13,937 bases of DNA from Bdellovibrionales bacterium (lineage in GTDB: Bacteria > Bdellovibrionota > Bdellovibrionia > Bdellovibrionales > DASUEL01), in NCBI GenBank assembly GCA_050250255.1, contig JBFWOZ010000062.1, forward strand, positions 1 to 13,937. Direction: 5' to 3'. The translations under genes were made by a program, and so were the position numbers. The notes under the pieces are model-generated. The model was not told where the DNA came from. It saw only the letters and a list, made by a program, of their open reading frames with translations, and made no database searches. Positions within the stretch are counted from its first letter, which is position 1, and each line of letters starts with the position of its first letter. Below, in pieces: positions 1-7,135 of the stretch.

Positions 1-1
1 T

Positions 2-211
2 CGCTATGAGGGGAAAGTACAAAAATCTCTCGATGCTCTCGCGCAGCTCCAGAGATTGTATCCTCAGCACTCAAAATTCTTTTCGGCCTATACGGTCAAA
101 TTCAAAGTGCCGATGTCGAAGGTTCATCAGAGTAATAGCCAATTCATTCTCACCGGTCCGGTGGGAACTACCGATATTACGTTCCCACCGGCGAGCGCCG
201 CTTCTTTATAA
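2..211 (+). CDS. 3' end of a hypothetical protein (partial, runs off the window's 5' edge)
   Basis: Frame +2 is open from position 2 to TAA at 209-211: RYEGKVQKSLDALAQLQRLYPQHSKFFSAYTVKFKVPMSKVHQSNSQFILTGPVGTTDITFPPASAASL*. The composition is protein-like and the stop abuts the stop of the convergent gene (TTATAA, 206-211). It is absent from the ORF track because its start lies outside the window. Confidence 0.65.
   Translation, partial: RYEGKVQKSLDALAQLQRLYPQHSKFFSAYTVKFKVPMSKVHQSNSQFILTGPVGTTDITFPPASAASL
158..191. repeat. Perfect 11-bp inverted repeat (CCGGTGGGAAC / GTTCCCACCGG) with a 12-nt loop
   Basis: Arms at 158-168 and 181-191. It lies 14 nt past the stop of the minus-strand lipoprotein gene and inside the plus-strand CDS. 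No U-tract follows on the minus strand. Confidence 0.6.
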
Positions 212-1918
212 AAGAATTGTCGATTGTGTGTATCGACTCATTAGTTCGATGACATCGCTATATTCTTTAGAGAGTTGATCATTACAAGGTAATGAGCTTT
301 CTGTTTTTCCTGAAGCCAAATTCCACTGAATCACTTGTACGCACGATTTACTTTTCGTCGCACGGAATTTGGAAAGTAGCATGCCAAGCGGTAAGCGAAG
401 CTCTTTTAATTTATCAGCCAGTACACTGGCCTTTTCTTCTGAACTCAAAAGAGCGTCGAGTTCTGATGAAGAAAACATTTTTGTTCCTACCAGCTGCGCT
501 AACTTTTTTCGAGAATAGAGAGGATTCATTTTCTCTAAATCTTGGGGGTTTTTGTCTGCATGATAAGAAAGCGCAAGATCTAGATAAATTACAGATCGAA
601 CAAGGCGTAAAAGATCTCTAAGTTTCATTGTAGTGGCGACTTTATCACCTTTTTCTGTGAGGATCATTCCGGCGGCTGCTTCGTCGGCTTTAAGAAGTTG
701 GCCTTTCGCATTCACCTTCTGGATATGGAAAGTCGAAAGATTTTTTAAGAGAATGGTAACAAGACCACACGAAAGTGCATGGGCTTCGGCAGGAAGAATC
801 GCTCTGCTGCTAGTGCTCGTAATATCCCCTAAAAGATAATCGGACTGCGCACGAACCCAAGGGGCTGAAGGGCTAGTCGCTTGGTAAGTGTAGACAAGTC
901 CTTCGAGGGTTTGAATCAAATGAGACAGAGAAGCGTCTTGAGATAACTCGAGCGACTTCTTTTCTGTGGGTGCGTATTCTGCGATATCTTTCTCCTCTAG
1001 AACTACGGAGTTTTTTGTATCACTTTCGATGAAGCTACCAGCCGTTGACGTGACTGAAAAGTTTGTCTGATACATCGAAAGCTTTTTCGCTTGAGCCGAA
1101 ACTGGCGAGCCCGAAGTAGATGTAAGGCTAACGCCTACATAACCTTTCATGTTCAAGAGCTGGGCAAAAGCTCTTTGCCAAAGCACAAGAGCACAGATTC
1201 GTTCTTTACGGCTCGTAACATCTTCGCCTGACATTTGTGAGCTCTTGACGGCCGCTGAAAGCGAAGTAAGCGCATCTTGATTGGACAGCGAAGACGTTAG
1301 GGACGCGGGTTGGGTGAGAAAAGTAGCGCTTACTAATTCAGTCCCAGGATTCATTTTCATGAACAGAAGTTTCATAAAAGACTTCTCCAGGCTTGCGGCC
1401 TGTCCAAACACACCTGGAAAAACTTCTTCCGTTTTTTCATTAAGAGCTTTTGCATGTAGGATGTTGAAAGCAAGAGGTGTAGCGACCCTTGTTTGCCAAG
1501 CGCTCCAAAGTAAATTCCACTTTATTGTACCTAAAGTCCCATTCATATATTCTTGCTCTGCGGCCTTAAAGAATTGTTCCGACGACAAATTCATTTTTTG
1601 TGGAATGATAATTTGGGCCAAAGGAAATGCCGAAAGATCCGTGCTGCCAATAAGTTCGGAATTTGACCCAGAATAAAGTGAGGTAAGAAGAGAAAAACGT
1701 TTGGCTCGAGGATTGGCTCTAAAGTTTTGCTGAAGTTCTTCGAGTCTTTGGCAGGCGCTTTGCTCCGAATTTTCAAAGGGATGAGGAATCAAATTTTGAA
1801 CGGCAACGTTTGAATTTTCTTTCTCTAAGTAAGTACGTGGCGTTTGTGGAGCTGACGTTTTGGCGCAGCCAAAGATAAGAACAAGAAGACCTATAAAAGA
1901 AATTTTTGATAAATTCAT
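206..1918 (-). CDS. Hypothetical lipoprotein (570 aa, predicted largely helical)
   Basis: Signal peptide with lipobox MNLSKISFIGLLVLIFG-C18. SD TAAGGAG sits just upstream of the ATG, overlapping the upstream gene's stop. No catalytic motif recognised. Confidence 0.85.
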   Translation of the reverse strand: MNLSKISFIGLLVLIFGCAKTSAPQTPRTYLEKENSNVAVQNLIPHPFENSEQSACQRLEELQQNFRANPRAKRFSLLTSLYSGSNSELIGSTDLSAFPLAQIIIPQKMNLSSEQFFKAAEQEYMNGTLGTIKWNLLWSAWQTRVATPLAFNILHAKALNEKTEEVFPGVFGQAASLEKSFMKLLFMKMNPGTELVSATFLTQPASLTSSLSNQDALTSLSAAVKSSQMSGEDVTSRKERICALVLWQRAFAQLLNMKGYVGVSLTSTSGSPVSAQAKKLSMYQTNFSVTSTAGSFIESDTKNSVVLEEKDIAEYAPTEKKSLELSQDASLSHLIQTLEGLVYTYQATSPSAPWVRAQSDYLLGDITSTSSRAILPAEAHALSCGLVTILLKNLSTFHIQKVNAKGQLLKADEAAAGMILTEKGDKVATTMKLRDLLRLVRSVIYLDLALSYHADKNPQDLEKMNPLYSRKKLAQLVGTKMFSSSELDALLSSEEKASVLADKLKELRLPLGMLLSKFRATKSKSCVQVIQWNLASGKTESSLPCNDQLSKEYSDVIELMSRYTQSTILL

Positions 1919-1930
1919 ATCAGGATCTCC

Positions 1931-3187
1931 TTAAAAATAAACGATCAGGTCCATACGACCATAAGAAAAATCTGGAACATTTTTTCCACTTAAAGCATGA
2001 TTGTAAAGTGCTTGAACTTCCATCGGAACGGAGAACTGTTTACGGCGAAATGCGGGAACCGTTGAATATCCAACACCAAGCTCGCCGGCTTGTCTTACTT
2101 GATCTGAATTTTTTCCAAGGCCTTCATAATACAATTCACCGGGACCACTGTACTTATCAGCGCCCTTTTCTGTGTACTGATAAGCGCCCCACATATTGAC
2201 GGTCTTATCCAGCATGAAGACAGTGGTTGAAAGTTCGGTGTCGAGTTGCATTCCTTGTTCACGTTTTACGTCTTGGACTTGTCCTGCTTCAGGCTTTACG
2301 TTAGGAAGGGCGTCGTTTGCATCTTTCGGGACAGCTCGTGCGCGTGTGTCGGTAAAGTTGTAGGTCACTTTTTCTGCAGCTCCGAACATGAGGTAAGGAT
2401 TTACTTCGTACTCTTGAAACAACTGAACACAAGTGGCCCAGGCGCCGTTTCCAGTTCCTTTATCATAAATATTTGTGAGCGAAGGATTGCTACCGGTCGG
2501 AGCGCGAGCGCCCCACAGTGCCGTTGCAAAAAAACCTGCGTTTTTATAAAAGTTGTATTTTGCACCGAACTCTAAATCACCAGCTTCGGTTTTTTCAAAA
2601 TCATGCGGAACTTCGTAGCCGTTTTTAGTAAAAACGGATTCTGCGAAAAAATTGGTGTCGAGTTGAAGTTGTCCCACCTGATCTAAGCCGGCAGCAAGTT
2701 CGGGAGTGGAGAGCTGTCCTAATTGGTTTTTAAGAGAGGCAGCATTGTTCGTGTAATCGGCGCGAAAACTTGCTCGCCCTGTACGTTTTACGATGGGAAT
2801 ACGAATACCAACGCTCAGCTCATCTGTGACCCCATACTCGAGCGCAGGAAGAATCGTACTGACTTGAAGGGAAAAATCACCATAGAGATTGGCGTTTAAC
2901 AATTTATCACCAGAACCCTCTTGCACCTTATTCATTGCTTGTACGAGCTGATCGAGTTTGGGATTTTGAGCTGCTAAATCTTTTGCGGTCAGGCTTTTAT
3001 TGAGAGGGGCGGAAAGATTTTCGATTTGCCCATGCTCATTGAATTTTTGAGAGAACTCTTGAGTTTGAATACCAACAACACGCGCACGGAAGATTCCTTT
3101 TGGCAAAACCTTGGCAGTTTCAGCGGCCCATGTTGTTTGAGCAACAAAAGTGAGTGCTCCTAAAATAGAAAGACAATTCTTTAGCAT
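1931..3187 (-). CDS. Outer-membrane beta-barrel protein, probably COG4313 / Phenol_MetA_deg (SphA-like) channel family
   Basis: Sec signal peptide (MLKNCLSILGALTFVAQTTWA|AE). Family-like motifs LEYGVTDELSVGIRIP, GDLEFGAKYNF and GARAPTG. The C-terminal amphipathic strand ends in Phe (GRMDLIVYF, BAM signal). SD AAGGAG upstream. Confidence 0.7.
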   Translation of the reverse strand: MLKNCLSILGALTFVAQTTWAAETAKVLPKGIFRARVVGIQTQEFSQKFNEHGQIENLSAPLNKSLTAKDLAAQNPKLDQLVQAMNKVQEGSGDKLLNANLYGDFSLQVSTILPALEYGVTDELSVGIRIPIVKRTGRASFRADYTNNAASLKNQLGQLSTPELAAGLDQVGQLQLDTNFFAESVFTKNGYEVPHDFEKTEAGDLEFGAKYNFYKNAGFFATALWGARAPTGSNPSLTNIYDKGTGNGAWATCVQLFQEYEVNPYLMFGAAEKVTYNFTDTRARAVPKDANDALPNVKPEAGQVQDVKREQGMQLDTELSTTVFMLDKTVNMWGAYQYTEKGADKYSGPGELYYEGLGKNSDQVRQAGELGVGYSTVPAFRRKQFSVPMEVQALYNHALSGKNVPDFSYGRMDLIVYF

Positions 3188-3226
3188 TCTTTGCTCTCCT
3201 TATATCGGTGGTCTGAGAAGACCGGA

Positions 3227-3232
3227 ATTATA
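3227..3232 (-). promoter_or_regulatory. Candidate -10 element for the barrel-lipoprotein gene pair
   Basis: Perfect TATAAT on the minus strand about 40 nt upstream of the ATG at 3187. No good -35 at 17 bp (TCGGAG). Confidence 0.35.
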
Positions 3233-3322
3233 CCCGTTGTGGGATAAGTCTCCGAGTACGCAGAGAGAGTTTTGTGATCATTACATAGCTGACTATGAGT
3301 TAGGCTCCGTGGGTTCAGCCTA

Positions 3323-4915
3323 TTAGCCGAGAATGGTGTCTTGTGGTTTTGCGTCAGCGACGGGGTAATCAAGGCTATAATGAATTCCAACAGATTCTTT
3401 TCTTTTTAAGGCACACTGAACTGTTAAGTGCGCGACCTGTGCTAGATTTCGAAGCTCGAGAATGTCGGGGTGAACTTTGAAGTTCCAGTAATATTCTTTT
3501 ATTTCGTTCGAAATATTGACTAAGCGATTCTCGGCGCGCTTGAGACGACGGTCGGTGCGCACGATACCTACGTAGTTCCACATGAGACGGCGAATTTCTT
3601 CCCACATGTGAGAGATCATGATCATTTCATCTTCGTTTTGGTTCCCGTGATAAACCCAAACCGGTGGTTTTAAATCTGTTGGTGTAAACTCCTCAAGATG
3701 TTGTTTGATGTATTCTGCCGCCGAATTACCAAATACCAAACATTCTAAAAGAGAGTTGGAAGCGAGACGGTTAGCTCCGTGAAGCCCGGTATTTGCGGTT
3801 TCACCTATGGCAAAGAGACCTGAGATATCCGTACGTCCCCATTTGTCGACGAGCACTCCACCGCATAGGTAGTGAGCTGCGGGCACAACTGGAATAGGTT
3901 GTTGCGTGATATCAATGCCGTACTGTTTGCACTTTTCAAAAATCATCGGGAAATGACTAAAGATAAAATCGCGTGAGAGATGTGTGATGTCGAGATAGAC
4001 GCAAGGATCGCCTGATTTTTTAATCTCGGCATCGATGGATCGCGCCACGATATCGCGAGGCGCAAGCGACTCCATAGGATGATAACGTTTCATAAAAATT
4101 TCACCCTTACTATTTTTTAAAACTCCACCTTCTCCACGAAGGGCTTCCGAGATTAAAAAATTATTGGCATCTGGGTGATAGAGGCAAGTGGGGTGGAATT
4201 GCATAAACTCAAGGTTTGCCACGCGAGCGCCAATTCGGTAGGCCATCGCGATTCCATCACCCGTTGCGCCAGACCAATTGGAAGTGTAGAGATAAACTTT
4301 TCCGACTCCACCCGTCGCAAGAACCGTGGCACGAGCCAAATAGGTTTCGACTTTAAGATTTTTTGTGTTGAGAGCGTAGGCGCCGATACATCGAGCAGGC
4401 CCCGTTTGAAGAGGGTCGACCTTTTTATCGGTGATGAGATCAATCGCCATTCGATTTTCATGAAGCTCAATGTTGGGATGTTCTAAACATTTCTTTAAAA
4501 GTTGAGTATGAACAGAATGACCTGTGTGATCTTGCACGTGAAGCACGCGGCGTTTGAGATGTCCACCCTCCCTGGTGAGATCTTTATCAAACTCTACGCC
4601 CCATTTTTGTAAATCATGAATACGTTCAGGCCCCTGTTCGACACAAAACTTCACAATCTCTTCGCGACAAAGACCAGCACCTGCTTTTAATGTGTCTTGA
4701 ATATGTTCTTCGAAAGAGTCTTCGGCAGACACAACCGCCGCGATCCCGCCTTGGGCCATATCTGTATTGCTGCGATCAAATTGGCTTTTGGAAAGAAGAA
4801 TGACTTTTGCCTGGTCTGCTAAGTGAAGCGCAAAAGAAAGCCCTGCGAGTCCAGTCCCGATGACGAGGTAGTCACAGACCACAGTTTTCTCAGTTTTTGG
4901 AGAGGGGGATCCCAT
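3323..4915 (-). CDS. nadB: L-aspartate oxidase
   Basis: FAD-binding VIGTGLAG plus AQGGIAA, REGGH, EFMQFHPT, LISEALRGEGG, LAPRDIVARSI, PAAHYLCGG, GLHGANRLASNSLLE and RKESVGIHY; 530 aa. Confidence 0.96.
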   Translation of the reverse strand: MGSPSPKTEKTVVCDYLVIGTGLAGLSFALHLADQAKVILLSKSQFDRSNTDMAQGGIAAVVSAEDSFEEHIQDTLKAGAGLCREEIVKFCVEQGPERIHDLQKWGVEFDKDLTREGGHLKRRVLHVQDHTGHSVHTQLLKKCLEHPNIELHENRMAIDLITDKKVDPLQTGPARCIGAYALNTKNLKVETYLARATVLATGGVGKVYLYTSNWSGATGDGIAMAYRIGARVANLEFMQFHPTCLYHPDANNFLISEALRGEGGVLKNSKGEIFMKRYHPMESLAPRDIVARSIDAEIKKSGDPCVYLDITHLSRDFIFSHFPMIFEKCKQYGIDITQQPIPVVPAAHYLCGGVLVDKWGRTDISGLFAIGETANTGLHGANRLASNSLLECLVFGNSAAEYIKQHLEEFTPTDLKPPVWVYHGNQNEDEMIMISHMWEEIRRLMWNYVGIVRTDRRLKRAENRLVNISNEIKEYYWNFKVHPDILELRNLAQVAHLTVQCALKRKESVGIHYSLDYPVADAKPQDTILG

Positions 4916-4942
4916 AGGATGTTAGTTACCGGAAATAGCCCC

Positions 4943-4965
4943 AAAAAGCTAGACTATAGTCCAGC
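4943..4965 (-). terminator. Terminator-like hairpin plus U5 in the nadB 5' leader (or an 18-bp operator dyad)
   Basis: The minus strand reads GCUGGAC-UAUA-GUCUAGC-UUUUU, a 7-bp stem with one G-U pair, ending 27 nt before the nadB ATG. Confidence 0.4.
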
Positions 4966-5013
4966 GGAGAGGTCGAGGAAGATCTAGTTTGGTCCTAAGT
5001 TCCGTCCAGCCTC

Positions 5014-5043
5014 TTGATAATTCTAAAGTCCTGAAATTAGAAT
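5014..5043 (+). promoter_or_regulatory. Candidate sigma70 promoter for the six-gene operon
   Basis: TTGATA (5014-5019), 18-bp spacer, TAGAAT (5038-5043). Implied TSS about 5050. Confidence 0.5.
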
Positions 5044-5048
5044 GAAAA
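5020..5048 (-). promoter_or_regulatory. Candidate sigma70 promoter for nadB, overlapping the divergent promoter
   Basis: Minus-strand TTTTCA (5048-5043), 17-bp spacer, TAGAAT (5025-5020). Implied TSS about 5013. Confidence 0.4.
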
Positions 5049-5083
5049 CTAGAGCATCTCCCACCCTAGGTGGGGCATGTTCA

Positions 5084-5116
5084 TGGACTAGGATGAGTCT
5101 ATTTTGGACTAGGATG
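5084..5116 (+). repeat. 12-bp perfect direct repeat TGGACTAGGATG x2, 21-bp period
   Basis: Copies at 5084-5095 and 5105-5116. The second overlaps the ribosome-binding region of the ATG at 5122. Confidence 0.85.
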
Positions 5117-5121
5117 GATCA

Positions 5122-7134
5122 ATGCGAATATCAATTACACTCAAGCTTTGTCTTGGAGTTTTTGCGATTTTAACTGGAGCACTCACCGTGCTTCTTTGGA
5201 AAACTTCGAGCATTTTAAAAGAAGATAAAATTTCTTATCTCAAAGAACAAACATCTCAGATTTCTTACGGCCTGGCTTTAGGCGCGAGCGAGAAAATGAA
5301 ACGTCTTGATCGCCAAATGACTTTCTACATGTCGGCGACTCCGTCAGCCGCTTTAGCAAGAGCCAGCAGCAATGAATTTTACTCTGTGGGCATGCTTTCG
5401 CGTGAACTTGGACAGCCTTGGAGTATTGATTGGAATTACAAATCCCAAGCGATCGACCAAGGTGTGGATGGACTCCTTGCAGATTTTTTAACAACGGTTC
5501 AAAAAAATCTTCAGTTGGATACAGTGAAGAGCGGAGATCAAACCCTCATTCGTCTTTTAACTCATGACAAACAACCTATCTTTGCGCTTCTCAGTCGACA
5601 GCCTAAGACAGATGAAGTCGCGGAGAAAATTGCGGTGAGTCTTCTTAAGACGTCGGTGTTTTTTGATCTCATCTCGATTTATAAAGGTGGCGTGCAGTCG
5701 GCCTACATCGTTGATGGTCAATCCGTTGTTTACGCGCACCCTTCGATTCATCTTACGGGAACCATCTTAAACGATGATCCCATCATGCAAGACATTCGCC
5801 AGAATTTTGCGGCCTCAACGGTAGAGCAATATGTGACAAGCGACGGGGACTCACTTATCGGAAGTTACGATCGTGTCCCTGGAACAAATCTCTTTGTGGT
5901 GACCGCTGTACCTTGGGAAGCAGCCTCAGCCGCGCTTGCGCAACTTCGTAGTAGTTTTATGATTCTTGGTTTGGGACTTATTTTTATTGCGCTCGCATTG
6001 ACCTACTGGTCTTCACAACTTTTGCGCCAACCACTTTTGAAAATTAAAAGAGCTATTGAAGACATCGCCGTGGGTCGCCCAACAATTATCGAGACGAGCT
6101 CAGATGATGAAATTGGGGATCTTGCTGAGAGTCTTTTTATAATGGATCAAAAGTTACGAACGAAAGAGCTTGAAACAAGAATCAACATGGCCGATCAGAT
6201 CTACCAAGGAAAAATGTCGGCTTTCAGTCAATTTAGCAGCGGGCTTGTTAATGAATTGCGTAACCCATTAATTGGCGTATTAGGGCATGTACAGCTGGCA
6301 AAAGAGAAGATGCGTGATTCCGAAGGCTTGAGACGACACCTCGATCTCATAGAGAATGATTGTCGCAAAACAAAAGAATTTATCGAAGACATCTCTCAAT
6401 TTACAGGCTCCGACAAGCTGGGTTTAGATAATATTAATATTTACGAAACGACCGTTGCGGCAATCGAGCAAGCAGAAAGAAGGTTACATCCACAAAATAT
6501 TTCTGTGATCAAAAACCTTTCTTCCAGTTCTAGCATTGTGGCAAACCCTGTTTTGATAAGAAAAGCGCTCCAGAATATTTTGGCTGCGGCTGGGCAGCTT
6601 TCTCCAGGCACAGAGCCACGAGACGTGATTGTTCGTCTCGAATCTTCTGATACGGAAGTGGATTTAACATGTGTGTTGAGCTCGCCTATTTTAGGCGACG
6701 TTAACTTTCAGAGCATCTTTGAACCGTTCTATAAAATTGGTATCGAAGAGACGGTGAACTTAGGACTCGATTTAGCCTTGGCCAAGGGAATTATCGAAGC
6801 GCACGACGGCAAAATTTCTTTTGAGCGTGTTCTCGAAAACCAATATCAGTTTAAAATTCAATTTCCTAAAGCTATGGAAGCGAAAGCGCCTGGCGTTCCA
6901 TTGGGACAGCTCGTTAGCGACCCGTTACACTTCAGTCTTCCGCATTTCTCGATCAAAGAAAAAAAGGAAGTCGCCATTTCTGATGTTCTCGCACAGCAAC
7001 CGGTTGTGATTGCCGTAGGAAAATCAGAAGAAACATCAGAGCCTGCGCCATTTTTGACAGAGAAAAAGTTTCTTGGAAAAGTGCCTATTGAAAAACTGAA
7101 AATTAGAATCAAACCACCAAGACTAAGGACATAA
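5122..7134 (+). CDS. Membrane sensor histidine-kinase-like protein (TM-Cache-TM-HAMP-HisKA-HATPase), predicted pseudokinase
   Basis: Two TM helices, a Cache-type motif (AYIVDGQSVVYAHP) and a HAMP domain (PLLKIKRAIEDIAVG...SDDEIGDLAES). The H-box reads LVNELRNPL (His->Asn), the N-box NILAAA, no DxGxG G1 box is visible, the F-box is IFEPFY and G2 is NLGLDL. Confidence 0.9.
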   Translation: MRISITLKLCLGVFAILTGALTVLLWKTSSILKEDKISYLKEQTSQISYGLALGASEKMKRLDRQMTFYMSATPSAALARASSNEFYSVGMLSRELGQPWSIDWNYKSQAIDQGVDGLLADFLTTVQKNLQLDTVKSGDQTLIRLLTHDKQPIFALLSRQPKTDEVAEKIAVSLLKTSVFFDLISIYKGGVQSAYIVDGQSVVYAHPSIHLTGTILNDDPIMQDIRQNFAASTVEQYVTSDGDSLIGSYDRVPGTNLFVVTAVPWEAASAALAQLRSSFMILGLGLIFIALALTYWSSQLLRQPLLKIKRAIEDIAVGRPTIIETSSDDEIGDLAESLFIMDQKLRTKELETRINMADQIYQGKMSAFSQFSSGLVNELRNPLIGVLGHVQLAKEKMRDSEGLRRHLDLIENDCRKTKEFIEDISQFTGSDKLGLDNINIYETTVAAIEQAERRLHPQNISVIKNLSSSSSIVANPVLIRKALQNILAAAGQLSPGTEPRDVIVRLESSDTEVDLTCVLSSPILGDVNFQSIFEPFYKIGIEETVNLGLDLALAKGIIEAHDGKISFERVLENQYQFKIQFPKAMEAKAPGVPLGQLVSDPLHFSLPHFSIKEKKEVAISDVLAQQPVVIAVGKSEETSEPAPFLTEKKFLGKVPIEKLKIRIKPPRLRT

Positions 7135-7135
7135 A

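Noticed and set aside
6..278. 90-aa plus-strand ORF from the track
   Set aside because: Arg/Ser/Cys-rich, unnatural composition and a 73-nt overlap with the lipoprotein gene. Frame +2 (2-211) is the more credible coding frame.
3272..3322. Short dyads after nadB (TGTGAT-C-ATTACA, CATAG-CTGA-CTATG, TAGGCT...AGCCTA)
   Set aside because: Stems of only 5-6 bp, no U-tract, and spacing that does not fit CRP or Rex consensus; compatible with chance.
292..4486. Short antisense or alternate-frame ORFs within or overlapping the lipoprotein, barrel and nadB genes (e.g. 1281-1676, 2246-2575, 3181-3390, 4153-4470)
   Set aside because: They are shadows of well-supported long genes, with no recognisable motifs.
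3323..4915. nadB without adjacent nadA/nadC
   Set aside because: Dispersed nad genes are common, so this is uninformative without the rest of the genome.
5084..5116. Direct repeat as a mini-CRISPR array
   Set aside because: Only two 12-bp copies with a 9-bp spacer and no cas genes; far from CRISPR dimensions.
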